64,000 bases of DNA from assembly GCA_963801815.1 (NCBI GenBank), contig CAWDGJ010000007.1, positions 32,001 through 96,000 on the forward strand, read 5' to 3'. The notes under the pieces were generated by a model, which was given only the letters and a program-made list of their open reading frames with translations, had not been told where the DNA came from and did not search any database. Positions 17,840 to 29,300 of the stretch are shown piece by piece. This DNA comes from an uncultured Verrucomicrobiae bacterium (GTDB lineage: Bacteria > Verrucomicrobiota > Verrucomicrobiia > Chthoniobacterales > UBA10450). The stretch's first letter is position 1. Each line of letters begins with the position of its first letter. The position numbers and the translations under genes were made by a program.

Positions 17840-19066
17840 ATGTCTGGATTTAACGCTTTAAGCGGAATAACTTGTCCCGCTCGCGTCGCGGTGGTGGCAA
17901 CCGGAGTCGTGAGCCCCCTGGGTTTTGGTTCGGACGAGACCCTGAACTCCCTTCGTAATGCCACCGATTGCGTGACCACAGTCACCCAGTTTGACGTGAC
18001 TAATTGTCGCTGCAAGACCGCCGCCCAAGTTCCCAATCAACGCCTGCTTGGCCAATTTCGAGACGGCCGAAAACACGCACGCTTGCATCGGGCATCGCAC
18101 ATGATGATCACCGCTGTGAAAGAACTGTTTGAGAGCGATCCCGAATTCAAACCGGAGCTGACCGTAATTGGCACGACCAGCGGCGGAATGTCGTTTGGCG
18201 AAGACTATTATCGCGGGTTGCATCGACATCAGAGTTTGCGCCGCGCGCCGGAATGGATTGCAAATTATCCCCCCCAGAAACCTGTTCTCGATGCTCAAGA
18301 GGAATTTGGAATTCCAGCGCCTTGCCTCGTTATCGCCAACGCGTGCGCTTCCGGCACGAACGCAATCGGTCATGCGTTCGAATGCGTGCGTTCGGGAAAG
18401 CATCAGCGCGTATTGACTGGCGGCTACGACGCGCTTTCTCAACTGGTTTTTGTTGGATTCGATTCCCTTCAAGCCGCGACGCCGGAAAAGTGCAGGCCGT
18501 TCGATCGCGACCGGTCGGGCATGGTGCTTGGCGAAGGCGCAGGCGTCCTAGCACTTGAAAATTTGGACGCCGCGCGCAAACGAGGCGCAGAAATTCTGGC
18601 CGAGATCATGGGCTACGGAATTTCAACCGATAATCACCATCTCACGCAGCCTGATCCCTCTGGAAGCGGACCGCGACGCGCCATGGAAGATGCTTTGAAA
18701 ACGGCTGGAATGAACCCTGGCGATGTCGACTACATTAATGCGCACGGCACCGCGACGCCGTTCAACGATGCAGCGGAAGGCAAGGCGATCGCAGAACTTT
18801 TCGACGGCGTGCCAGTTAGCTCGACTAAGAGCATGATCGGACATTCGTTAGGCGCGGCGGGAGCGATTGAAGCCGTAGTCTGTTTGCTCGCGCTGCAGTC
18901 CCAATTTCTGCCGCCGAACATTAATTTTCGTGCTCCGGATCGTGATCTCTCTCTAAACATCGTTGCCAACCAATCGAGGAACGCAAAGATCGACGTTGCC
19001 TTGTCCAATTCATTTGGATTTGGCGGCACGAATGCTTCGATCGTGATTGGAAAAGCTCCGGCATGA
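17840..19066 (+). CDS. Beta-ketoacyl-ACP synthase (FabF-like KS, catalytic triad intact)
   Basis: NACASG (Cys), NAHGTAT (His), KSMIGHSLGAAG (His), SNSFGFGG. Confidence 0.9.
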   Translation: MSGFNALSGITCPARVAVVATGVVSPLGFGSDETLNSLRNATDCVTTVTQFDVTNCRCKTAAQVPNQRLLGQFRDGRKHARLHRASHMMITAVKELFESDPEFKPELTVIGTTSGGMSFGEDYYRGLHRHQSLRRAPEWIANYPPQKPVLDAQEEFGIPAPCLVIANACASGTNAIGHAFECVRSGKHQRVLTGGYDALSQLVFVGFDSLQAATPEKCRPFDRDRSGMVLGEGAGVLALENLDAARKRGAEILAEIMGYGISTDNHHLTQPDPSGSGPRRAMEDALKTAGMNPGDVDYINAHGTATPFNDAAEGKAIAELFDGVPVSSTKSMIGHSLGAAGAIEAVVCLLALQSQFLPPNINFRAPDRDLSLNIVANQSRNAKIDVALSNSFGFGGTNASIVIGKAPA

Positions 19067-20199
19067 GCTTGTGCATCGCAGGCGCGGGCTGGATCACGCC
19101 GTTGGGCCGTGGTGTTGACCACGTTTGGGAGAAGTTAGAGCGCGGTGATGAAGCAACAGCCCAATCGATTTCCGCTGAAGATAACAAGAAGACTTACTTT
19201 GGCTTCCTTGTTCCAGAGAAAACGCTGAAAGACCTGCCGTCGCATCCACGCTTGCGTCGGGCCAGCGCCATCTCGCGTTTTGCAGCCGCGGCTGGGATGG
19301 ATGCGATGGCGCAAGCACAATCGACGATATCGAAGATCGACATGGCGAGGGTGGCCTTGATTTTCGCTGCCTCCAACGGAGGCGTGATTTACACAAGGCG
19401 CTTTTATCACGGCATCGTTGAATCCGGCGCGCAGTCGGCAAGTCCGCTTCTTTTTCCCGAAACCGTTTTCAACGCACCGGCCAGTCACCTGGCTGCTATT
19501 CTCGGAATTAACGGCGCGAGCTACACCATCGTTGGCGACGGGGCCATCGGCGTTCTGGCAATCAAAATGGCAAGCGACCTCCTGGAGACTCAATCGGCGG
19601 ATTTTTGTCTTGTGGTCGCGGCGGAAGAAGCCGATTGGATACTGTGTGACGCGTATCGAAAATGGCGACTGCTTAAATCGCAGCCGCCGATTGTGCCGTT
19701 CCGCGATCCGCCTCGCGGCACAATTTTGAGTGAGGGCGCTGGCGCATTACTCCTCGCTCGCGAAGGTTTTGTGAACGTTGCCTCCATCCACGCCGGCGGA
19801 AATTTCTCGCACCAACGGCAGGCGAGCCAGATCATCAGCCGGATTCTGCACGATCTTCGGGGCGAGAACGCATGTATCGTTGCAAGCGCAAACGGGACCT
19901 TTGTCGACCTTGCCGAAAGCGAAGCGATTAAAAGACTATCACCGGGATCGATCGTTTACAGCCCCAAGCCCGCTCTCGGGGAGAGCGTCGGCGCGAGCGC
20001 GATGTGGCAAATAATTGTTGCCGTGCAAGCCTTGGAAAAGAAGCGGCTGCCACCACTGCTGCACTCGAATCAAGATACCGGCCTTCGATTTCCAATGAAT
20101 TCCACTCCAGCCGGCCCGAACGCCATTGTTTTGAGCTGCGGCTTGAATCAGCAGGCCGCCGGGCTTCGATTGTCGGTCATGAAGGCAGGCCATATCTGA
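19063..20199 (+). CDS. Non-catalytic ketosynthase / chain-length-factor-like protein
   Basis: KS fold (SPLLFPETVFNAPASHLA, LSEGAGALLL) but Cys and His sites are replaced (IVGDG, SANGT, KPALGES); ATGA overlap with the KS. Confidence 0.75.
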   Translation: MSLCIAGAGWITPLGRGVDHVWEKLERGDEATAQSISAEDNKKTYFGFLVPEKTLKDLPSHPRLRRASAISRFAAAAGMDAMAQAQSTISKIDMARVALIFAASNGGVIYTRRFYHGIVESGAQSASPLLFPETVFNAPASHLAAILGINGASYTIVGDGAIGVLAIKMASDLLETQSADFCLVVAAEEADWILCDAYRKWRLLKSQPPIVPFRDPPRGTILSEGAGALLLAREGFVNVASIHAGGNFSHQRQASQIISRILHDLRGENACIVASANGTFVDLAESEAIKRLSPGSIVYSPKPALGESVGASAMWQIIVAVQALEKKRLPPLLHSNQDTGLRFPMNSTPAGPNAIVLSCGLNQQAAGLRLSVMKAGHI

Positions 20200-20252
20200 A
20201 CCCGCTTTTGCCTTTGCAAGGAGGGGCGGGTGCGGTACCTTCGGCGTCCGCC

Positions 20253-22503
20253 ATGCGAACGCTGGTCTGGGGGGCTTTTTTTATCTTTTGGGGGGCCGGC
20301 TGGGTGAACGCAGCCAACACCAGCAACTCTTCCGATCACGAACCGGTTGAGATTACCTCAAGCGGAGAGACCACTTACGACAACGGCGTAGCTACTGCGC
20401 GGGACAACGTGGCCATTCATATAGGGGACACTGATATTTACGGGGATTTCGCCCAATACAATTCCCGCACCCACGAGGTCTTGGTCAGAGGCAACGTAAG
20501 AATTTATCGCGACGTCAATCTCTATATCGCCGACGAAGGCGTTTATAACATCGACACCAAGCAAATCCGCACGAGCAACGCCCGGACCGAGTACAGGCCT
20601 TTTTTCCTGAGCGGCCAGAAGGTTGATCAAACCGCTGCGAACGCTTACCGAATAGAAGGCGCCACTTTCACTACGGACGACTCCCCTAGCCCGGATTTTC
20701 ATCTTCATGCGCGAACGGTCCGCGTTTATGAAAACGACCACGTCGTCTTTCAAAATGTGACGTTCTATATCGGCAAGGTGCCAGTCTTTTGGTGGCCTTA
20801 TATGTATCAGTCCCTGAATGACGCCTTCAGTTTTTCAATCGCGCCGGCCGATCTGAGTTCGTGGGGGCCTTCGCTTCTGACTCAAGTAACTTTTCCTATT
20901 ACGGATGACATCAAGGGACGACTTCGCTTGGATTATCGCGGACGCCGCGGTCCCGCAATCGGTTTTGATTCGGACATCGATTACGGAAAGGACAAATCCA
21001 GCAATATCAAGATCAAGACCTATTACGCCGACGACCAAAACCCGGACATTAATCCGACCGCCATTCCGCGCGGCGAGGTAGCGCCCAACCGCTACCGCTT
21101 GAGCCTGCAAGACACGACCAATTTCACGAAAGACATCTACGGGATGGTGAATGTCACCAAATTAAGTGACGCCTATGTGATGCAAGATTTTTATCAGAGC
21201 GAATTTCGAGTCGATCCCAATCCGGACAACGTCGTTGCCCTGACGAAGGCTGATCCGTTCTACACCCTCACAGCCATCACTCGTTTTCAGGCGAACGATT
21301 TCTTCGAAACGACCGAACGCTTGCCTGAGATCGGTACTCGACATCAAACGTCACGCGTTATTCGGTGGCCCTATTTATTACGAAGGTGAGAGTGGTTTTG
21401 CCGACCTACACCGGTCTTTTGCAGAGGGGTCGGGTTTTGAAGACTACGGCACGACTCGACTCGATACGTTTCATCAATTGCTGTATCCAAATACTTACTT
21501 TGGCTGGCTCTCCATCGTGCCCCGAGCAGGTTTCCGAGCAACCTACTACGACAAAACTCGCGACCTTGGGAACACGCTGTTTCCCACCAACGAAGATCCC
21601 CTGATTCCAAACTTCATTCCTGAAGACCCTACGCCGGCTAATCCTGTCATAAACGCTGGGAGCGGTGTTCGGACGGTGGCCGATGCCGGAGTGGAAGGTT
21701 CGTTCAAGCTATCTCGTTCGTGGGACGACGTGTCAGATCGGACGTTTGGCTTGGATGGATTGCTTCACGTAATCCAACCGTACACCGACTTCTCATATGT
21801 CCATGCGAATGGGATCAATCCGTCTTCAGTTTTGCAGTTTGATCGATTCGAACCCTCGACCCAGTTGCCGATATTCGATTTTCCGCAGTTTACTACCATC
21901 GATTCGATCGCGAGCTGGACGATTTGGCGAAATGGGATCCGCAACCGTTTGGAGACTCGGCGCGACGATGTAACTGTGACCTGGCTGGAGCTGGACACGT
22001 TCTTCGATGTGAACTTCGACAACCCCTACGACCGCCGGACCTACTCAAACTTCTTCAACAAATTGCGCTTTACTCCGCTACCGTGGGCTTCGCTTGCGAT
22101 TGATTCACAGGTTCCCCTATTCAGTTCAGGTTTTACGGAAGTTAATACAACCGTTGCCGTGCAACCCGCTGCGAATTTACAACTGACGGCAGCCCATCGC
22201 TATCTCAATGACAATCCGTTTTTCGAGCATAGCAGCCTCTTCGTGGTCGGCGGGTATTATCGAGTCACTGACAACTGGGGCTTTGGGTTTCAAGAGCAAT
22301 ACGAGGGTACAATTGGCCTGTTTCAGGAACAGCGGTATGCCGTTTACCGGGACTTGTCGAACTGGGTTGCGTCATTTGGCGCCGTGATTCGAGACAATAC
22401 GGGCAATAAAAAGGAATACGGCATTCTCCTTACCTTTAGCCTCAAAGCCTTTCCCAAGTTTGGCTTTGATTTGAATTTCGATCCAGGAGGTCAGGGGCAA
22501 TGA
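20253..22503 (+). CDS. lptD: LPS-assembly protein LptD (single +1 frameshift at 21333-21334)
   Basis: OstA-like N-terminal domain, FTTDD, GKVPVFWWPY, ERLPEI|VLDIK across the shift, C-terminal beta-strands. Confidence 0.85.
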
Positions 22504-22581
22504 CCAAACCGATCGGCTCCATAAATTACAACCTCGTGCTCCTATTGTGCTAGGCTGAGCGAGTAGAGGCGTCTGTCGTTC

Positions 22582-23895
22582 ATGGATATTTCAATCATTG
22601 GTTCGGGATACGTTGGGCTCGTTACCGGCGCTTGTTTCGCCGACGTCGGCCACAACGTGATCTGCGTCGACAACGACGAGGCGAAGGTCAAAACGCTCCA
22701 GGCCGGCCGCGTTCCGATTTACGAGCCGGGCCTGGAAGAAATCATCCATCGCAATGTTTCCGCTCGTCGGTTGCGTTTCAGCAGCAGTACGCGCGAAGGC
22801 GTGGAGAACTCACAAATAGTTTTTATCGCGGTGCCGACGCCGCCGCAGCCACACGGAGAAGTCGACCTCAGCTTCATTGAGAAAGTCTCCCGCGAGATCG
22901 CAGATGTGCTGACCGATTACCGGGTAATCGTCGACAAGAGCACGGTGCCAGTGAAGACTGGCGAGCGCGTCGTTGAAACGATTAAGCGGTACAACCGGAG
23001 CGGCGCGAAGTTTGATGTTGTAAGCAACCCTGAATTCTTGCGAGAAGGTTGCGCCATTCATGACTTGATGCATCCGGACCGGATTGTTATCGGGGCGCAA
23101 AGCCAGCACGCAGCCGATCTGATGAAGAAGGTTTACGAGCCTTTCATGGCGCCGGCCCTGGTGACCGATATCAACAGTGCCGAGCTCATCAAACACGCCG
23201 CCAACTCTTTCCTGGCGCTGAAGATTTCCTACATCAACGCGATCGCTGCGATCTGCCAGGCGAGCGGCGCGGACGTCGAAAGAGTCGCGGACGGCATCGG
23301 GATGGATCGGCGGATTGGGCGTCAGTTTCTTAACGCCGGCATCGGTTACGGCGGTTCCTGTTTCCCGAAAGACGTGGCTGCGTTCATCCACATCAGTGAC
23401 CAGCTCGGCGTGCCGTTCACGTTACTGAAGGAAGTGCAGCGGATAAACGCCTCGCAAAAAGAGCGTTTTCTTAAGCTTATCCGCGATACGCTTTGGGTAC
23501 TGCGCGAAAAGAAAATCGCGGTCTGGGGGCTCACCTTTAAACCGGACACAGACGACATCCGCTCCTCCGTCGCCATCGAATTGGTCGACGCCATGTTGCG
23601 AGAAGGCGCGTCCGTGAGTGTTTACGATCCCAAAGGAATGGACAAAGCACGCGAGCTGAAAGCAGTCGCCGACGCGAAGTTCGCCGCATCTGCCCTGGAA
23701 GCGGTCGAAGGCGCGGAGGCCCTTGTGATCGCTACGGAGTGGCGAGAATTCGCCAATGTCGATTTTGCCGCGGTCAAACAGCGCATGACCACGCCAATTG
23801 TCTTCGACGGAAGAAACCTTTTGAAACCGGAGACAATGGGCGAGCTCGGCTTTCATTATCATTCCATCGGCCGCGCCAGCGTCGTCCCCCGTTAA
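22582..23895 (+). CDS. ugd: UDP-glucose 6-dehydrogenase
   Basis: IGSGYVGL, DKSTVPV, SNPEFLREG, GYGGSCFPKD, GLTFKPDTDD, FDGRN. Confidence 0.95.
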   Translation: MDISIIGSGYVGLVTGACFADVGHNVICVDNDEAKVKTLQAGRVPIYEPGLEEIIHRNVSARRLRFSSSTREGVENSQIVFIAVPTPPQPHGEVDLSFIEKVSREIADVLTDYRVIVDKSTVPVKTGERVVETIKRYNRSGAKFDVVSNPEFLREGCAIHDLMHPDRIVIGAQSQHAADLMKKVYEPFMAPALVTDINSAELIKHAANSFLALKISYINAIAAICQASGADVERVADGIGMDRRIGRQFLNAGIGYGGSCFPKDVAAFIHISDQLGVPFTLLKEVQRINASQKERFLKLIRDTLWVLREKKIAVWGLTFKPDTDDIRSSVAIELVDAMLREGASVSVYDPKGMDKARELKAVADAKFAASALEAVEGAEALVIATEWREFANVDFAAVKQRMTTPIVFDGRNLLKPETMGELGFHYHSIGRASVVPR

Positions 23896-23901
23896 TTTCT
23901 C

Positions 23902-25152
23902 GTGGCGCCGATTTCAGCCCGCCGAGTTGCTCTCGCCGCGCTGAAGGCCTGGCGCAAGAAAAGGGCGTTTGCGGACTCGATTGTTGCCAAGTTACTGGCC
24001 AATACGCCGCTCCCACCAGCCGACCGTGGATTCGTGGTCGAGCTCTTTTATGGCGTCTTGCGAAACCGTTCGTTGCTTGATTTTTGGATCGGCACGCTGC
24101 GGCGGACACGGACCGATGTCGATCTTCGAGATAGCCTTCGTCTTGGTTTGTATCAACTGTTCATCGCCAGAACACCGGAGCACGCGGCCGTTTACGAAAC
24201 TGTCGCCCTCGTTCCGAAACGAGAGCGCGCGATTGCAAATGGAATCCTTCGTTCGGCGACTCGACGCATGCGCGAACTGGAGAACACCGCCCAGTTGCAG
24301 CCACTCCATGTTCGATTTTCACATCCTGACTTCGTAATAGAACGCTGGCAGCGGCAGTTCGGCGAGGATGTTACCAAAGCATTGTGTGAGTGGGACAATC
24401 AGCCGCCGCCAATTTACGCGCGAATCAACCGGTTAAGGATCGATCGTCAGGCGTTTCTCGAACGCTACCGCGACGCACGTTCGCTTCCCAAGTCTGCAAA
24501 TTTTCTCGAGCTTCCTGCGCCGACCGAAGCGCTAAACCAGGGGGATTGTTACGTCCAAGACCCGAGCACGGCAGTCGCGTGTGAATTGTTACAACCGAAA
24601 CCCGGTGAAAGGATTTTGGATGCCTGCGCGGCCCCCGGCGGCAAGACCGGTTACCTCGCCGAATTGATGGAAAACAAGGGCCTCATCGTTGCTTGCGACC
24701 GCGAATCGCACCGATTAGCCCGGCTCGATGCGAATCTGGCGCGCCTTGGAGTAGAGATCTCAAAGACTGTTCGTCAGGATTGGGGCCAAAAGAAAATCTC
24801 GGGCGCGATCCGTTCCGAAGCTCCTTTTGATCGGATTCTGATCGACGCGCCATGCAGTAATACCGGCGTGATGCGGCGTCGCGTTGACGTTCGATGGCGT
24901 TTGAAGCCATCGGACTTTCTGCGAATGCAAGCATGTCAGATTGGAATTGTGAAAGCGGTCGTTCCGCTATTGAAGCCCGATGGAGTTCTGGTTTACAGCA
25001 CATGCAGCCTCGAACCTGAGGAGAACGAAGACGTCACCCAGGCGGTACTTCGCGCCATACCGATTTTGCGATTGGAAGAGCAGCGAAGATGCCTGCCGTT
25101 CATTGACCAGTTTGACGGCGCCTTTGCGGCCAGGCTTCGGTTAAAAACATAA
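23902..25152 (+). CDS. rsmB: 16S rRNA m5C967 methyltransferase
   Basis: NusB-like N-terminal domain, VQDPS, LDACAAPGGKT, IDAPCSNTG, YSTCS. Confidence 0.9.
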   Translation: MAPISARRVALAALKAWRKKRAFADSIVAKLLANTPLPPADRGFVVELFYGVLRNRSLLDFWIGTLRRTRTDVDLRDSLRLGLYQLFIARTPEHAAVYETVALVPKRERAIANGILRSATRRMRELENTAQLQPLHVRFSHPDFVIERWQRQFGEDVTKALCEWDNQPPPIYARINRLRIDRQAFLERYRDARSLPKSANFLELPAPTEALNQGDCYVQDPSTAVACELLQPKPGERILDACAAPGGKTGYLAELMENKGLIVACDRESHRLARLDANLARLGVEISKTVRQDWGQKKISGAIRSEAPFDRILIDAPCSNTGVMRRRVDVRWRLKPSDFLRMQACQIGIVKAVVPLLKPDGVLVYSTCSLEPEENEDVTQAVLRAIPILRLEEQRRCLPFIDQFDGAFAARLRLKT

Positions 25153-25204
25153 TCGAAGGCGGCTGCGGTTGCGTCCCGGATACTCGGTGGAATGGTAAGA
25201 CCGT

Positions 25205-26323
25205 ATGCACGACGCACGTTTCGATAAGCTCGCCAAGTTGCTGGTGGAATATTCGACCAGACTCAAACGGAACGAGAACGTTCTGATCGAGGCCTTTGAT
25301 GTTCCGGACGAAATGACGATCGCCCTGATTCGCGCAGCGCGAAAAGCGGGCGCGATCCCGTTCGTCCAAATCCAGCGCAACCGGATCAGTCGCGAACTGG
25401 CAATGGAAGCGTCAAACCGCCAACTGGATTTTGCCGCCTCTCACGAGCTTGCCCGAATGAAAAAGATGCAGGCCTACATTGCGCTCCGCGGCAGCAATAA
25501 CATCACCGAATTGTCGGACGTACCCGTTCCTAAAATGCAGTTAGTCGCGAAGAAAATGCGGCCGGTGCAGGACCAACGAGTCAAAAAAACCAAATGGTGC
25601 GTGTTACGCTGGCCGAGCCCGTCCATGGCGCAGTTGGCTGGAATGAGCACGGAGGCGTTTGAAGATTTTTACTTTGAGGTCTGCACGCTCGATTACGAGA
25701 AACTTCAGCCAGGAATGAAGGCGTTGAAGCAGTTGATGGAATCAACCGATCGTGTCCAGATCAAAGGGCCGGGGACCAATCTGCGATTCAGCATCAAAGA
25801 AATCCCGGCCATTATATGCGGCGGTGATCGAAACATTCCCGACGGGGAGGTCTTTACCGCGCCGGTCAAGAATTCGGTCGAAGGACATGTCACCTTTAAC
25901 GCGCCAACAATTTACCAGAGCATCGCTTTCGACGGCATTCGGCTGGACTTTCGAAATGGCAAAGTGGTCAAAGCGACGAGCAACCAAACCGATAAGCTAA
26001 ATAAAATCCTCAATTCTGACGCTGGCGCGCGCTACATCGGTGAATTTTCGCTCGGTTTTAACCCCTACGTGCTCGAACCGATGCGCGACATTCTCTTCGA
26101 CGAAAAGATCGCCGGCTCGTTTCACTTCACTCCGGGCCAGGCCTACGAGGAAGCGGACAACGGCAACCGGAGCCAGGTCCATTGGGACATGGTAAACATT
26201 CAGCGAAAAAGTTACGGCGGCGGCGAAATTTACTTCGATGGCGAACTTATCCGGCGCGATGGCGAATTCCTTCCAAAGGAACTGCGGTCACTCAATCGCG
26301 GTAATTTTGTTAAGGGAAAGTAA
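25205..26323 (+). CDS. Aminopeptidase, M29 (AmpS/thermophilic metalloprotease)
   Basis: [41 protein letters not shown]. Confidence 0.92.
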   Translation: MHDARFDKLAKLLVEYSTRLKRNENVLIEAFDVPDEMTIALIRAARKAGAIPFVQIQRNRISRELAMEASNRQLDFAASHELARMKKMQAYIALRGSNNITELSDVPVPKMQLVAKKMRPVQDQRVKKTKWCVLRWPSPSMAQLAGMSTEAFEDFYFEVCTLDYEKLQPGMKALKQLMESTDRVQIKGPGTNLRFSIKEIPAIICGGDRNIPDGEVFTAPVKNSVEGHVTFNAPTIYQSIAFDGIRLDFRNGKVVKATSNQTDKLNKILNSDAGARYIGEFSLGFNPYVLEPMRDILFDEKIAGSFHFTPGQAYEEADNGNRSQVHWDMVNIQRKSYGGGEIYFDGELIRRDGEFLPKELRSLNRGNFVKGK

Positions 26324-26336
26324 TTGCCGTACACGA

Positions 26337-26364
26337 ACAGAGCGACTCTTGCGAGTCGCTCTGT
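26337..26364. terminator. Hairpin terminator between convergent genes
   Basis: acagagcgactc-ttgc-gagtcgctctgt, 12-bp perfect stem with adjacent A tract. Confidence 0.75.
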
Positions 26365-26388
26365 AAAAATGTCAATCCTGGCGTCGAA

Positions 26389-29300
26389 TTAAGCCGCCCG
26401 TCTCGGGCCCTGGCCGAGCAGATTCAGCTGCATCATTCCGATTTCGCCGCTGCCAGTCAGCTGCAGGTTCGAAATTTCGAACATAGGCGCTCCCTCGATT
26501 ACTGCGCCACCTGCGCTCGGCAGCTGCACCATTACTTGTTTCGAGTTCGAATTCAGCACGATCGAAGAGATTTCGAACGATGGTGAGAATTCTACCGTTG
26601 CGATTTGGAACGGTGCGACGACGTTCACCGCAGCCTGGCCTTGTTGCGAAGGAGTCAATTGGAGTGGTGCCGCGGCAAAGTCCGAGACCAAGTGCAAGCC
26701 CCCAACAGTGAACGAGGGCGAACCGACAACAGACGGCCGCTGCTGTTGCGAAGGAGTCAAACGAACACTACCCAGTGTACCACCGGCAGGCTGGATCCGG
26801 GCGATCTCGAATGTCACTTGCAGGTTCATTGCGGGCTGCGGCGAGGAGCCGGCCAGACGCATCGTCACAATTTTCGAGGCCGGGCGTAGTTGCAATGCGC
26901 CCATCTTGAAGGTCGGGGTCAGTTGCATCGACGCAATCTCGAAAGCGAAGGTGAGTTGCACGGCGGTTTGCATAGCGCCGGCAGGTTGAGGTGAGCCACC
27001 TCGTTGAGCGGTTGGGATTTGGATCGGTTCAGGCATGATTACAGGTGTGGTTGGTTCGTAAATTGGCGTTTCAATAACCGGTTCCGGCGAAATAAACGGT
27101 TCGCTTTTTTGACGAAGCGCCTCAAATGCGGCCGGTTCGGGTTCGGTGACCTCAATGATCGACGGTTCCTCAACAGGCGTCAACTGAGGAATGGGTTGAC
27201 CCTGACCGACTGGTTCAAGCTCCGGTTGAGCAACAGCTTCCATCGGCGAAAACATGGGTTCTTCGACTTGCGGCTCGGGCATTGTTGCCATTTGAGCAAA
27301 GAACGGCTCGGGCTCGGGCATTGCAACAGGCTCAGGTTCCACCGCCATCGGCTCCGGCTCCGCGATGATCGGTTGCGGCATTTCGAACGTCGGAGTTTCA
27401 AGTTTTTGTGCGGCCCACTCGGATTCAACCGCGGCGGCGGCAGGGAACACGCCTTGCTCGACGACTGGTCCGACGGATTCCAGTATCGGCCCGACAGACT
27501 CAAATGTTTCTTCTACAGGCTCGAGTTCTAGGGGACGTTTTCCATTACCTTCAATCGAAGGTTCCAAAACGACGGAACCGCCATTGCCATTACCGTTGCC
27601 GAAGGCACGGCCGGGCTTGCTCAAAGGCACTACCGCGCGGCGCAGAGACGGCTCGGAAGCTCTTAATTTGAGTGACACCTGTCGCGGTCCACCGGTCAAT
27701 CGGGGCATGACTTTCATTTCCTTTTGGGACGAACCCGACGCTGCAAGTTCCATACCTCCCAATTGCGGACCGGTTACTGGAGCAGCGCGACGAAAGTTAG
27801 GCAGATTAAATCCGCGACGGCGAACTTCAGGTACGATTACCCATGCTAATAGACCCATTCCGGCCAAAACCAATGCGCCGACTAGCAGACTTTGAGCATC
27901 CACCCGATTTCGCGAGACCTCGCCGACACGCGCCGGAGCGAGCACAGTTGCAGGAGTAGCGGAGACTGCCGCGACAACCGGCGCTTTTGTGGCTGGCCCT
28001 TCGGCCGCTGGTTGAGCAGCCGGCTTGTCTGCCGCTGTCTTCGCCGCCGCAGCCTGTTCTCTCGGAAGCGCAGCAGCCGATGCCGGAACGCTTTCAGCTG
28101 CCACCGGCGTCTCTACGACAGGTGAAAAGGTTGGCGCAGCGGCAGTCGGTATCTCGTCCGGTTTGGCTGGACTTCCGGCGGCAAATGATTGCGGAGCGCG
28201 CGAGGAAAATTCCTTTACGGCGGCGCTGGCCGCGGTTTCTTCAGGCTTCGGGGCCGTCGCCTCCATGCCAGCAATTGCAGGCGCACCGGCTTTGTTTTTG
28301 GCCAGGGTGGTGCCCGGAATCGGACTTGGCTCTATTGCCGGACTTGCCTCTGACTGCGCCTCAGCCAAAGCGGTTGCAGCCTCGGCGGCTGGGGCCGGCG
28401 ACATTGCCACGGCCGGGCTCTGCAGCCAGCCGAGGTCGTAGAATGAATCGGCGAAGACAAGATTGAGAGCCGGCGAGTAAATTTTCTTAGCCGAAGTAAT
28501 CCAATCCGTCGCCTTGTTTGGATTGTTGTGCTTAAACTCCCAGGCGGCCTGCGCATAATAGAGAGCCGGCGTGTCGCCGGTGAATTGGAATTGCTCCATC
28601 ATCTTTTGGGCGCGGCTTTCTTTGCCTTCCAGCAAGAAAGTCATGAAGATGTTGAACTTGATGATTTGCGCGGCTTCTCCCTTGTCGCCGCCGGGCGTTC
28701 TTCCGAGAAGCGCCTCAAACCGGTCGCGGGCCGTCGTGTAGTCCTTCTTCTTTAGTGGCACGAGCGCGAGATTGAACTGTGCCTGCCGAAACTTCGGGTC
28801 GGCCTTCAGCGCTTTCTTGAATTCGGCCTCGGCCTGGTCGAATTGCTTCTCCTCCATCAAAATCTCGCCACGCAGAGTGATGATGCTTGCCTGGTTTGGA
28901 TCGGCCGCATCCGCGTCGTTCACAAATTTCAAGGCCGAAGCGAAATCGCGCTGCTGAAAGGCTTGTAGCCCCTGTTCGACGCGCGATTTGGCAAACGCCT
29001 TCGTCTTCGCCGTGCGGTCAGCTGCACTCGTCAGCTCCAAGGCGGCGCGTGACTGGCCGGCCTGCTTTTGCAACCAGCCCACTTCATAAAGCGATTCGGC
29101 GAAAAGTTTGTTGAGTTGAGGTGAAAAATTTTTCTCCGCCTGCGCCATCCAATCCCGCGCTTCGGCCGTATTCTTTTGCTGCAACGCAATCGCAGCATTC
29201 GCGTAATGGACCGCAGGCGTATCAGGCGAAAGTTCGAACTTGGCCAGAATCGAATCGACCATGTTCTCCTTGCCTTCCAACAAATAGGTCAGGAGAATTT

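Noticed and set aside
23902..23925. REP-like half element at the rsmB start (gtggcgccgatttcagcccgccg)
   Set aside because: No partner arm, and the sequence is explained by the coding start MAPISARR
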